64,000 nucleotides of DNA from Candidatus Doudnabacteria bacterium (GCA_016218585.1 JACRDK010000030.1:24277-88276), one strand, 5' to 3'. Numbered from the stretch's first letter, positions 1 through 9,753 are shown. Notes: generated from the sequence alone by a model not told the origin. Translations and numbers: made by a program.

Positions 1-10
1 ATCTTCAGCT

Positions 11-1105
11 TTGGTAAAAGTTTTAAAAAGCGCAATTCCTTACGTTGCGGTGTTTGTAGTCGGTTTGTTTTTGTACTATTTCTTTTTTAGCAGCGTAAAT
101 TTTTCTTCCCTTTTGAGCTTTAAAAATAATACGCCGGCAACTCCAAAAGAAACCGCGTTGCAACAGTTGGAAAAGCAGGACTTAACCGCCTATAACAAAT
201 GGATTAGCGGTTTCTACTATGACGTTTCCGACGCAAAGGTTTTAGACCCGGAAACCGACAACTCCGGCAACGGCCTTTCTAACTTTCAAAAATATCTGTT
301 AAAACTCAATCCGAAATCTTACGATACTTTAGGTTTGGGTATGGCAGATAGCCAAGCCCTGGCTATGAATATTAGCCCGGTCTCCGGCGGCCAAATAACC
401 GATGCGCAAAAAGACATTATGTCCAAGTATGTTGATATGGAAGTGGTTATGAACCGCTTGGCCTTGTCTAATATGCAGAATCAGGGACGCGTAGCCGGCG
501 CCGCGGTTGGCAACAACACCTACTATAACGGCAGCACAAGCAGCAATAGCAACATTAACAATAATAACTATAACGGCAACTATAACAATAACAGCAATAG
601 CAATAATAACGGTTATAGCATCACCCCAACATCGGGCAGCGATGACATAGAAGTGAATACTTCTGTTGCGGGACGTTTGGAAATTCCGGACTTGAAAATT
701 TCCGTGCCGATTATGTGGACCTCCGACCCAAAAAACTTTGACAAAGATTTGCAATCCGGCGTTGTCCATTATCCGGGCACAGCTATGCCGGGACAGATTG
801 GCACTACTTATATTTCCGGACACTCCAGCAATTATGTTTGGGCGAAAGGAAGTTACAATAAAATTTTCTCCACCTTAGGAGATTTAGCGGACAACACATC
901 CTTTAAGATTACCGTGGTGCATAAAAACGGCAAAGTCGCCATATTCCATTACGTTGTTACTTCCAGGAAAGAATATTCTCCGACCGATCAGGAGCAGTTT
1001 AAAAATACCGGCAAGTCTATTGTGGCTTTGTCGACCTGCTGGCCGGTTGGTTCTACCGCCAAACGCTTAGTGGTTTTTGGCACCTTAACACAAGTAGAAA
1101 AATAA
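11..1105 (+). CDS. Sortase with N-terminal membrane anchor, degenerate Ca-binding (TSP3-like) repeat and Asn-rich linker; possibly 5'-truncated by the window edge
   Basis: C-terminal domain GRLEIP...GVVHYPGTAMPG...ISGHSS...LSTCWP...RLVVFG carries the His/Cys/Arg sortase catalytic residues; the frame is open back to the window start. Confidence 0.88.
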   Translation: MVKVLKSAIPYVAVFVVGLFLYYFFFSSVNFSSLLSFKNNTPATPKETALQQLEKQDLTAYNKWISGFYYDVSDAKVLDPETDNSGNGLSNFQKYLLKLNPKSYDTLGLGMADSQALAMNISPVSGGQITDAQKDIMSKYVDMEVVMNRLALSNMQNQGRVAGAAVGNNTYYNGSTSSNSNINNNNYNGNYNNNSNSNNNGYSITPTSGSDDIEVNTSVAGRLEIPDLKISVPIMWTSDPKNFDKDLQSGVVHYPGTAMPGQIGTTYISGHSSNYVWAKGSYNKIFSTLGDLADNTSFKITVVHKNGKVAIFHYVVTSRKEYSPTDQEQFKNTGKSIVALSTCWPVGSTAKRLVVFGTLTQVEK

Positions 1106-1114
1106 TTTTTTATC

Positions 1115-1156
1115 TCCCTGACATAAATTACGCGGCCGCGTAATTTATGTCAGGGA
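1115..1156. repeat. Perfect 42-bp palindrome centred on CGGCCG
   Basis: tccctgacataaattacgcgg|ccgcgtaatttatgtcaggga. Confidence 0.9.
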
Positions 1157-1306
1157 TGAGTTGATTTAAATAATATAGAGCGGGCGCGCCCGTGTTTATA
1201 ATCTGATTGTAAAAGGGTATTGTAAACATCGCGTGCTCGGCTCTCGGCCGACACATTCGTCGGCTCAGGCCGAGAACAATACAACAAAAGAAGAGGGGAT
1301 AAGACA

Positions 1307-2668
1307 GTGAATTTTGGACAACTGATTGCGATTCTGATGACCGTTCTGCTAATCGGCGGGGCTTTTCCCGTCGCGGCGCAGAGCCAACCGGTATCCACAC
1401 AAACCGCCCAGCCCCACCCGGGTGTCCGGGTGAGCGTGGAGAAGTTTCCGCTCATTCCGCCGGTACCGGGCCAGCGGCCGATTTATACGATCGGCCAGAT
1501 CGTATTCGCCGCCGAAGAAATATACAAAAGCGGCGTCAACGGCTCGTTTGTGAAGGCTTTTGGCCAGGCCAAGAGCCACGTTGAGCAGGCACAGGCAATC
1601 ATCTCCTTTGCCTCCAAAGAGTTGCTCGCGCAGCTCGAGGAGATGAAGAAGTCACCCGAAGGGCCGTTGCCGGAACCGGAGCAATATCAAGCGCTCAAGG
1701 ACCCGAAAGTGGCTTTGGACTACGCCGCTGTCAAACAATCGTTTGTGCCTTTTTCCGAATGGGGTGAAAGTCCTTTCGGAGAGGAAGTAACGGACTGGAA
1801 AGGTCTCTGTGAGACCTATCAGGATACCATGGCCGCGATGATCCAACGCACTAACTATTCACCTGCAATGAAGGTGGAATGGGCAGACGCGTTGGCTCAT
1901 GTGTGTGCCAACGGCCTTGACGGTCGCTACTCCAAGGTGGTGGATTTGGTTGACTGGCCGCTCTGGCAATGGACTACTGGTCGTACTGTTGGGACATCTC
2001 ATTCTGGAAACAGAATACCTGGTGTCAACGTGATGTACGTCGGTGGCCATGCTTCCGCCCTCTATCTCTACCTGCCCAAGTCGGCTACGGTAGTGATGCA
2101 CGGGTTCAAGTGCAAGGGGAATCCGATTGTTCCTTTCGTCATCGGTTCATTCCAGGTGACGAAGGAGACGACGAGGATTCCTGCCTGTTTGGGGCTTAAT
2201 GGCGATTCAGGCTTTGTCCAAACGGGCAAGACTGTTCGTTTCAGCGCTCACTTTGACAACCCTGCCGGAGTGCCTTTTGACTTCCGCTTCATCCTCACGG
2301 ACAAGCGGACCAGCAAAACCAAAGTGCTTGGTGAAAACCAGCCTGAGGTGACGTTGGAGCAGAAGGAGGCCGGCGAGTACGAGGTAAGTGTAACTGGCGA
2401 ATTCGAAGGGAAGCCAATACCAGCCTTGGGCTGTGTAATGGCTATCACCTTCGTTAAGCCCATTCCGCCGCCTCCGCCGACGTTTGTCACTACCACGCCT
2501 CCGCCGACAAGGCCCGCAATCGTTCCGCCGCCGCCCAAGAAGGGTGGGCACGGATGGATCTGGGTTCTTGTAGCGGCAGGTGCTGGCGCTGGCATTGGTC
2601 TGGCACTGATGGGTGGTGGAATTCGCAAGGATCCGGCAACTGCCGCTGGCACCGGCTGGAGACCGTAA
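1307..2668 (+). CDS. Hypothetical exported protein with PKD/Ig-like region, Pro-rich linker and C-terminal membrane anchor; GC-rich, likely foreign
   Basis: 453-aa ORF with signal peptide, SD-like gagggg, PPPPP linker and WIWVLVAAGAGAGIGLALM helix. Confidence 0.75.
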   Translation: MNFGQLIAILMTVLLIGGAFPVAAQSQPVSTQTAQPHPGVRVSVEKFPLIPPVPGQRPIYTIGQIVFAAEEIYKSGVNGSFVKAFGQAKSHVEQAQAIISFASKELLAQLEEMKKSPEGPLPEPEQYQALKDPKVALDYAAVKQSFVPFSEWGESPFGEEVTDWKGLCETYQDTMAAMIQRTNYSPAMKVEWADALAHVCANGLDGRYSKVVDLVDWPLWQWTTGRTVGTSHSGNRIPGVNVMYVGGHASALYLYLPKSATVVMHGFKCKGNPIVPFVIGSFQVTKETTRIPACLGLNGDSGFVQTGKTVRFSAHFDNPAGVPFDFRFILTDKRTSKTKVLGENQPEVTLEQKEAGEYEVSVTGEFEGKPIPALGCVMAITFVKPIPPPPPTFVTTTPPPTRPAIVPPPPKKGGHGWIWVLVAAGAGAGIGLALMGGGIRKDPATAAGTGWRP

Positions 2669-2688
2669 TTCACTGTTCGTAAAAGCAT

Positions 2689-2745
2689 TGGTGGTCGGGG
2701 AGAGGAGCAATCCTCTTTCCGACCTACCATTCATCAATTTTTAAC
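2689..2745 (+). terminator. Probable intrinsic terminator
   Basis: ggtggtcggggagagg-agcaat-cctctttccgacctacc stem followed by T-rich sequence. Confidence 0.5.
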
Positions 2746-2849
2746 TTTTTGGCTTAATTAAGGCAAGTAGTTAAAAACGGAAGAATAGTAGGTATTAAGA
2801 CAATTAAAAAAATAAACCTCTTATTTATAAGGTAAATCAATAAAAATTA

Positions 2850-2878
2850 TTGACAAACTTATAAAAAAAGTGTATAAT
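2850..2878 (+). promoter_or_regulatory. Sigma70 consensus promoter
   Basis: TTGACA-17 bp-TATAAT upstream of the 2958 gene. Confidence 0.8.
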
Positions 2879-2957
2879 TATAGGTTAATATAATAATAAG
2901 TAAATTTGTAATAATTAATTGGATAATTTAGAATTAGCTAATTAATAAGGCAAACAT

Positions 2958-5900
2958 ATGAACAACATTTTTTCTAAGTTAAGCATAAAGGTCTCTGGCG
3001 CAATTGGCGTTTCAATTTTTTTGGTTGCCATCGCCGTAATCGGTTTGGCTCCTAGACAAGCCACCATTAGCCGTGCTGATGGTTGCAGTCCGGTTTACAC
3101 CTCGCCGGTTTTTAACCCGTACCCTGTTACCTGGGAAGATTCCGCAGGTTATAACTGTACGGATTTTGCCGTTCTTTCCGGTAATGTCCAAGGCGCAGGT
3201 TTTTGGACTGATAATTTTCAGGCCCAGCCAGGCGACAGTATTAGCATGAGAATTTACGTGCACAACGGCGCGGGCAGCAATTCCGGCGCAGTTATGTACG
3301 GTGTTAATGTTAATACCAATATAGATACCACAACCGGAACCAGCCACGTAATTACTACTACTTTAAGCGCCAGCAATGCCGCTTCTAAAAGCGGTAGTGT
3401 GACTATTAATACTCCGGCCGGCAGCCACTTGGAATTAGTTTCCGGTGATACCAGCTTTGCGGTTGGCGATATGCAGCCGTGCTTTGAGTATTCGAAAGCT
3501 TTTCGGTTTACTTTGAAAGTCGTTGCTGATACTGTTGTTACTCCTCCTCCGGCAGAAACTGTAAGCGGGCAAATTTCCTCTTCTTTGGGAATTTGTAAAG
3601 CCAATGGCTTATACGATGCTAATGTTTCCTGGAATACTAACGCTTCCCAGGCCTTAGTCACTGTTTCCGATCCGAATTTAAACTCCGGCAACTATTACGA
3701 CAATGACAAAGTTTATAGCTACAGCAAAACTAGCAATGAAACCGCAAGTTGGTTAGCTCCTAATACCGCTTACCGTTTTACTTTGTGGTCAATTGACCCA
3801 AGCGGTACAGACCATAGCTTCCGCGACTTAAGCAATAACATTGTTAATGTTAAAGCTGTAAGACTTTATGAAACTTGGGTAACCGCCGGCGCTTCTTGCA
3901 GCCAGGTTACGCCTCCTCCGGCTAATGTTACCGGAACTATTTCCACTTCTCTTGGTATTTGTAAAGCCAATGGTTTATACAATGCCAACGTTTCCTGGAA
4001 TACCAATGCCACTCAAGGTTTGGTTACTGTTTCTGATCCTAACTTAAAATCCGGAGACTACTACGATAACGATAAAATTTATAGCACAGCCGAAACCAGC
4101 AACGAAACTGCTGATTGGTTAGCTCCGTTAACAGCATATCGCTTTACTTTGTGGTCAATTGACCCAAATGGCGTTAGCCACACTTTCCGCGATATGAGCA
4201 ACAATGTTGTAACTTACAAAGTTACCCGTTTGCAGGAATCTTGGGTAACCGCCGGCGCTTCTTGCGACCAGGTTACTCCTCCTCCGGCTAACATTACAGG
4301 AACTATTAATTCTTCTCTTGGCATTTGTAAAGCCAATGGTTTGTACAATGCCAACGTTTCCTGGAATACCAACGCGACTCAGCCGCTTGTTACCGTAAGC
4401 AACCCGCCTGCTAATTCCAATAATAACTACGACAACGATAAATTTTATAGCACCACTAAAACCGGTAATGAAACTGCTGATTGGTTAACCCCAAATACAG
4501 CTTATCGCTTTACTTTGTGGGCTATTGACCCAAATGGCGTAAACCACACTTTCCGTGATTTGAACAATAACGTTGTAACTTACAAAGTTACTCGTTTGCA
4601 GGAAACTTGGGTTACAGCCGGAAATACTTGTATAGATAACCCGCCGACTTATGAAAATGTTGTTTGTAGCGTAAGCCCATCTAACTTAAATGTTGGCCAG
4701 AGCGCTACCTTTACCGCAGACAAAGGCAATGGTACTTATGCTTGGTCTGTTACTGGAGGCTCAGTAACTTCCAGCAATCAAAAAACATTTATTAGCACCT
4801 TCAACAACGCCGGGGCATATATTGCCACCGTGTCCAGCAACGGCAAAACCGCCAGCTGTACTGTTCAGGTAGTTAATGACAATGTTTGTGTAGCAAACAC
4901 CAACTATTATTTAAACGCCACCGCTCCTGCAAAACAAGGAACGGGGTATACTGTAAAATTATCTTGGGGTTTTGATGGTAATCATCAAATTAAATTAACC
5001 CAGGTAAGCTCGGACGGTAGCGAATTAACTTTGGCTACCAGCCCGGACAAAACCGGAAGTTTAAATGTCTTTAATTTACAAGCAGGTAAAACTTATACAT
5101 TTAAAATGTATGATATTGACCCGACTTGTGGAAAGTTTTTAACTTCAACTCAGGTTGTAGTTCAGTCAAATCCGGATCAGTTAGTCTGTACATCCGATAG
5201 CTCTTCCTATAGAGTCGGCGACACCGCTGTCTTTAGAGCCAATGGCGGCAGCGGCAGTTATTCCTGGTCCGGCACCGGCAACCCGGTTTCCGGCACCGGT
5301 TCAGTATTTAATACTTCTTACAACACCGCTGGTAATAAGACTGTTACTGTAACCAGCGCCGACGGGCAAACCGCTCAGTGTAGCACAGTTGTTAATACTG
5401 TTGTTACTGAAAACGGCCAGGTTCGCTTAACCAAAGAAGTAAGAAACATCACCAACAGCGAAACTGCTTTTGCCCACGCGACCTCCGCCAAGCAAAACGA
5501 CACTGTTGAATATCGCATTAAAGTTTGGGCCGGCACTTCCGTAACCTTAACTAATGTTATAGTCAACGACAGCTTTGCTTCCGGTCTTTCTTACATAGAT
5601 AACTCTTTATTTGTAGACGGCACATCTCACGCGGCTGGTTTAACTTCCGGCGGCCTTACCTTTACTTCCGTTGGCCAAACGCCGTTGGTAATTATTTACC
5701 GCGCTAAAGTTACCGCCACTATGGGAACTATTGTAAACACCGCCCAGGCTGTAGCTTCCAACGCTACCAACACTGCTGTTGACCAGGCTTTGGTAAATGT
5801 TGCTTATGTTAATCCGGGACAGCCTTCCTTGTCTATTATTAAACAAGTGAAGAATGTTACCCAGAACACCAACTATGATACTTCGGTTTTGGCTAATAAA

Positions 5901-7289
5901 AATGACGTTGTTAAATACCAGGTCATTATAAAAAATGTCGGCCAAGCTACCGCCAAGAATGTTTTCTTTAACGACAGCAATCCAGCCCAGGTCCAGCCGT
6001 TAACCGGCCTTACTGTCTCCATTGCTTACACCGGCGGCATTCCTGCCGGAGTTGCTTTGGGTGATTTAGCCGCAGGCGCTACCGTGACTATTACTTATCA
6101 GGGAACTGTGAAAGTTGACAGCGGCACTATATTAAACGTAGCCACCGCTTCTTCCGACAACGCAACCAGCCAGAATGCTTCCGCAACAGTAGTTGTTAAT
6201 ACTCAAAACAACAACGGCGGCAACAGCAACTACAACTATTGCGTTAACTATTCCTGCAATACCACAATCAACAACACTACAAACACAACCAACACCACAA
6301 CCACAAATAATAACTACACTTACAACAACTACAGCTACGTTTACATTAACAGCACCGGCAATACTGTACCGGCTAATCAATATAGCCAGTTAAGCATTAC
6401 CAAATCTGTTAGAACTGTAAATAATGGTACTTACCAAAACAGCGTAAACGTAAACAATGGCGATACCGTTGAGTTCGAAATTGTGGTTACTAACTCCGGC
6501 AATCAAAACATAAACAATGTCCGCTTAACCGACAATTTGCCGAGCGGCTTGAATCTGGTAAACGGCAGCGTGCGCGTAGACGGATCTTACGTCTCCAGCA
6601 GCAACCTTTACAGCGGAATGTATTTGGGCAGTTTGTCTACCGGCCAGCAAAAGCGCATTAACTTCCAGGCCACAGTAAACAATTCTAATTCCAGCATTCA
6701 AAATATTGCTATGGTTTCCGGCGACAACGCTTCTTCCGTTCAGGATGATGCCTGGGTGTTTACAAATACGGGTTCTGTCCAGGGCGGCAATGTAAGCCTT
6801 ACTTACAGCAAGCGCGCCATTAACGAAACCAAGAGCCAGGACGCGACTTCTGTAGTTGCCTCCAAGGAAGATTACATTACCTACACCTTAACCGCTTCCA
6901 ACAACGGCAACACTCCGGCCAACAACTTCATTATTACCGATGATTTGTCCCAGGTCTTGCCATATGCCGACATTGTCGACAACGGCGGCGGCAGCGTGAA
7001 CGGAAATGTAATTTCCTTCCCGGGCCTTACTGTTCCGGCTTACGGATCTGTTTCCAGAAGCTTTAAAGTTAGAGTTAAATATTCTTTGGCTGATAACTTG
7101 GCCTATGTTATGACTAATACTTACGGCAACACCTTAAATATTAGAATTAATAACCCGCAGGTTTTGGGAGCCTTTGTTGCTCCGAAGACCGGTGCGGAAA
7201 CCGGCGCCTTTGCTTTCTCCGGATTGTTAACCGCCGCCGCAGCCTTGTTTAAGCGCAGAAAAGAAATTCTAAAGTTAATCTTCACCTAA
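2958..7289 (+). CDS. Large surface protein with tandem repeats, PKD-like and DUF11-like domains, and an LPXTG-like sorting signal
   Basis: Signal/TM segment; repeated LSI(T/I)KxV...GDTVEF/YxI...N DUF11-type modules; C-terminal APKTG + hydrophobic helix + KRRK. Confidence 0.85.
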   Translation: MNNIFSKLSIKVSGAIGVSIFLVAIAVIGLAPRQATISRADGCSPVYTSPVFNPYPVTWEDSAGYNCTDFAVLSGNVQGAGFWTDNFQAQPGDSISMRIYVHNGAGSNSGAVMYGVNVNTNIDTTTGTSHVITTTLSASNAASKSGSVTINTPAGSHLELVSGDTSFAVGDMQPCFEYSKAFRFTLKVVADTVVTPPPAETVSGQISSSLGICKANGLYDANVSWNTNASQALVTVSDPNLNSGNYYDNDKVYSYSKTSNETASWLAPNTAYRFTLWSIDPSGTDHSFRDLSNNIVNVKAVRLYETWVTAGASCSQVTPPPANVTGTISTSLGICKANGLYNANVSWNTNATQGLVTVSDPNLKSGDYYDNDKIYSTAETSNETADWLAPLTAYRFTLWSIDPNGVSHTFRDMSNNVVTYKVTRLQESWVTAGASCDQVTPPPANITGTINSSLGICKANGLYNANVSWNTNATQPLVTVSNPPANSNNNYDNDKFYSTTKTGNETADWLTPNTAYRFTLWAIDPNGVNHTFRDLNNNVVTYKVTRLQETWVTAGNTCIDNPPTYENVVCSVSPSNLNVGQSATFTADKGNGTYAWSVTGGSVTSSNQKTFISTFNNAGAYIATVSSNGKTASCTVQVVNDNVCVANTNYYLNATAPAKQGTGYTVKLSWGFDGNHQIKLTQVSSDGSELTLATSPDKTGSLNVFNLQAGKTYTFKMYDIDPTCGKFLTSTQVVVQSNPDQLVCTSDSSSYRVGDTAVFRANGGSGSYSWSGTGNPVSGTGSVFNTSYNTAGNKTVTVTSADGQTAQCSTVVNTVVTENGQVRLTKEVRNITNSETAFAHATSAKQNDTVEYRIKVWAGTSVTLTNVIVNDSFASGLSYIDNSLFVDGTSHAAGLTSGGLTFTSVGQTPLVIIYRAKVTATMGTIVNTAQAVASNATNTAVDQALVNVAYVNPGQPSLSIIKQVKNVTQNTNYDTSVLANKNDVVKYQVIIKNVGQATAKNVFFNDSNPAQVQPLTGLTVSIAYTGGIPAGVALGDLAAGATVTITYQGTVKVDSGTILNVATASSDNATSQNASATVVVNTQNNNGGNSNYNYCVNYSCNTTINNTTNTTNTTTTNNNYTYNNYSYVYINSTGNTVPANQYSQLSITKSVRTVNNGTYQNSVNVNNGDTVEFEIVVTNSGNQNINNVRLTDNLPSGLNLVNGSVRVDGSYVSSSNLYSGMYLGSLSTGQQKRINFQATVNNSNSSIQNIAMVSGDNASSVQDDAWVFTNTGSVQGGNVSLTYSKRAINETKSQDATSVVASKEDYITYTLTASNNGNTPANNFIITDDLSQVLPYADIVDNGGGSVNGNVISFPGLTVPAYGSVSRSFKVRVKYSLADNLAYVMTNTYGNTLNIRINNPQVLGAFVAPKTGAETGAFAFSGLLTAAAALFKRRKEILKLIFT
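3538..4645 (+). repeat. Three ~366-bp (~122-aa) intragenic tandem repeats
   Basis: Units TPPPA...SLGICKANGLY...TAYRFTLW...WVTAG begin near 3538, 3908 and 4274. Confidence 0.9.
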
Positions 7290-7299
7290 ACAAAATTGT

Positions 7300-7337
7300 A
7301 AAAACCCCGCCTTTGACTTGCTCAGGGCGGGGTTTTT
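7300..7337 (+). terminator. Intrinsic terminator (bidirectional type)
   Basis: aaaaccccgcc...ggcggggttttt. Confidence 0.8.
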
Positions 7338-7373
7338 GTTTGGGCGCTTGTCAGATGAGTGTAATAACCCTGC

Positions 7374-7499
7374 CGGTGTCGCCCCGGAATTTTTAGCCTG
7401 CCCGCCGAAGCCTTGGCGAAGTTGGGGGTTGTAAAAATATTCGGGATCCGGAACTTGGCTTAAATACTGGATCCCGGCTCGGGAGCCGGGATGACACCA
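7374..7499. repeat. Nested REP-like miniature palindromic elements
   Basis: ggtgtc...gacacc outer ends, internal hairpin atcccggctc-gg-gagccgggat, and inserted cctgcccgccgaagccttggcgaagttggg. Confidence 0.55.
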
Positions 7500-7670
7500 G
7501 GCTTAGGTTATTGGACTTACGTCTTGCCTGCTTGCATATTTTTTTCCAGATGTTATGATATATACAAATCAAAAAACAAATGAACAAGCGGCAAAATATG
7601 TGCCGTTTTTATTATAAGTAGGATTTTTTTATACCTAGCATCTGTTATCTAATATCTAACATCTAAATTT

Positions 7671-8846
7671 ATGGACAACACATACTTGCAGGAGCTAATA
7701 AACGAAACCAAACTTCGGGGCGGCGGGTTATTGCTTAATTATGAAGATAAGCCGGCTGTGGTTGTTTTAACCGTGGATAAATATAACAGCTTGCTAGAGG
7801 GCCAAGAGTTAGGAATTAAGAATCAAGCGGTTGAAATTCAAACAAGCCCCAAGGCAGAACTAGCCAGTACCCAATCTGTAAAAAAAGTTTTGGTTACCGG
7901 GGGAGCCGGATATATTGGCGGGCATTTGGTTCGGGAGTTAATTAAGCAGAATTATGAAGTGGTGGTTTTAGACAATCTTTCCACCGGCCGCAGGGAGAAT
8001 ATTGATCCGAAGGCAATTTTTGTGGAAGGAGATTTAGCCGATGTAAATTTGCTCCGCGATATTTTTGCCAATAACAACATATCCGCGGTTTTTCATATGG
8101 CCGCCAGCCTGGAAGTGGAAGAGTCTGTTAGGGAACCGGAAAAATATTTTAAAAATAATACCCAAAACACTATCGGACTTTTAGAAGTTATGAAAGAGTT
8201 GGGGATTAACAAAATAATTTTTTCCTCAACCGCCGCGGTTTATGGCGAAAATGCCAAAGTTCCGATTAACGAAAACTCCCCGCTGCATCCCAATAATCCG
8301 TACGGCTCCAGCAAGCTGCTCACCGAAAGGAATATTAAATATTTTTGCGAGTACCTTGGTTTTAAGGCCGTAATTTTCCGCTATTTTAACGCCTGCGGTT
8401 TTGACGAAGAAGCCAATATTTTGCCGACCCACCAGTCTCACTTAATTTACAAAGTTATGCAGGTTGCCAAAGGAGCCGAACCGATTTTAAAAATTTTTGG
8501 CAACGACTACGAAACATTTGACGGTACCTGCATTCGCGATTATGTCCATGTGCTGGATATTGTCTTGCCGCATATTTTGGCTTTGGAAAAGTTAAATGGA
8601 GATTTGAAATTTGAAATTATAAACATTGGCACCGGCACAGGCTTAAGCGTTGCCCAAATTGTCAACGGAGCTTCAGAAATCATCGGCCGCATTATTCCCA
8701 TGGAAACCGCGCCGCGCCGCGCCGGGGACGCGCCGGCAACGGTTGCCGACAACTCCAAACTGGTTAACTTGCTGGGCTATGAGCCTAAATTTAGCAGCCT
8801 AAATAACATACTTACCAGCAGCTGGGAAGTTCTGAAAAAAGATTAA
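7671..8846 (+). CDS. galE: UDP-glucose 4-epimerase with ~70-aa N-terminal extension
   Basis: VLVTGGAGYIG, FSSTAAVYG, YGSSK, FRYFNA and DGTCIRDYVHV motifs. Confidence 0.93.
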   Translation: MDNTYLQELINETKLRGGGLLLNYEDKPAVVVLTVDKYNSLLEGQELGIKNQAVEIQTSPKAELASTQSVKKVLVTGGAGYIGGHLVRELIKQNYEVVVLDNLSTGRRENIDPKAIFVEGDLADVNLLRDIFANNNISAVFHMAASLEVEESVREPEKYFKNNTQNTIGLLEVMKELGINKIIFSSTAAVYGENAKVPINENSPLHPNNPYGSSKLLTERNIKYFCEYLGFKAVIFRYFNACGFDEEANILPTHQSHLIYKVMQVAKGAEPILKIFGNDYETFDGTCIRDYVHVLDIVLPHILALEKLNGDLKFEIINIGTGTGLSVAQIVNGASEIIGRIIPMETAPRRAGDAPATVADNSKLVNLLGYEPKFSSLNNILTSSWEVLKKD

Positions 8847-8850
8847 ATTC

Positions 8851-8893
8851 AAATTAAACACCCTTCATAACTATGAGGGGTGTTTAATTTTTT
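8851..8893 (+). terminator. Intrinsic terminator
   Basis: aaattaaacaccc...gggtgtttaattt followed by T-run. Confidence 0.7.
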
Positions 8894-9026
8894 GAAACAA
8901 ATTCACAAGGAAATCGTCATAATAGGAGCAGAGGTTTTTTCTATGTTATAATATATGCAAGGATTTCCTAAAATTTTGGGTAGCTTTGCCCGGGGTTTTA
9001 AGGGCTAGAATAATAAATATAACAAA

Positions 9027-9749
9027 ATGAAAAAACTTTCGGTTATTATACCGGCGTATAATGAAGAACATCGCATAGGCTCCACTTTGGGAGCAATTCA
9101 TAATTATCTTTCCAAGCAAAATTATGAATATGAAATTATCGTTGTTATTGATGGAGCCAAGGACAAGACCGCGGAAGTAGTTTCGGGCATGCAGAGCCAG
9201 ATAAAAAATTTAACGGTTTTAAATAACAAACAAAACCACGGCAAGGGCTGGGTGGTGCGCCAGGGGATGCTTCAGGCTGTTGGCGAGTATAGACTGTTTA
9301 CGGACGCCGACAATTCCACTTCCATTGAGCAAGTAGAAAAGTTTTTTCCGTTTATGAGCCAGGGTTATGATATTGTAATCGGTTCCATAGAAGTTGAGGG
9401 CGCGCAAATAAATGAACACGCCCAGTGGTATAGAAGGTTTTTAGGCCATTGGTCAAAGTTGTTAATTCGCGTGGTTGCCGGAGTCTGGCAAATTCACGAC
9501 ACCCAGCGCGGCTTTAAATTATTTACCGCTAAAGCTGCGGAAAGAATTTTTTTCCAGGCTAAGATTGACCGTTTTGGTTTTGACATAGAAATTCTGGCCG
9601 CTGCCGTAAAGTGCGGCTATAAAATTAAGGAAGTTCCGGTAGTGTGGAATAACGCCGGGGAATCGACAGTTAGTTTAAAAAGTTACCTTGAAGTTTTTAA
9701 AGATTTGCTTCGCGTAAGATGGTACTTATGGACCGGCAAGTATAAATAA
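9027..9749 (+). CDS. GT2 polyprenyl-phosphate glycosyltransferase (Dpm1/Alg5-like)
   Basis: SVIIPAYNEE, GKG, FTDAD, DTQRGFKLF and FGFDIE motifs. Confidence 0.9.
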   Translation: MKKLSVIIPAYNEEHRIGSTLGAIHNYLSKQNYEYEIIVVIDGAKDKTAEVVSGMQSQIKNLTVLNNKQNHGKGWVVRQGMLQAVGEYRLFTDADNSTSIEQVEKFFPFMSQGYDIVIGSIEVEGAQINEHAQWYRRFLGHWSKLLIRVVAGVWQIHDTQRGFKLFTAKAAERIFFQAKIDRFGFDIEILAAAVKCGYKIKEVPVVWNNAGESTVSLKSYLEVFKDLLRVRWYLWTGKYK

Positions 9750-9753
9750 TTTT

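Noticed and set aside
6200-6350. AAC/ACA-rich tract (also 540-610)
   Set aside because: Explained by Asn/Thr-rich linkers in surface proteins; codon-periodic, unlike the 7-mer arrays
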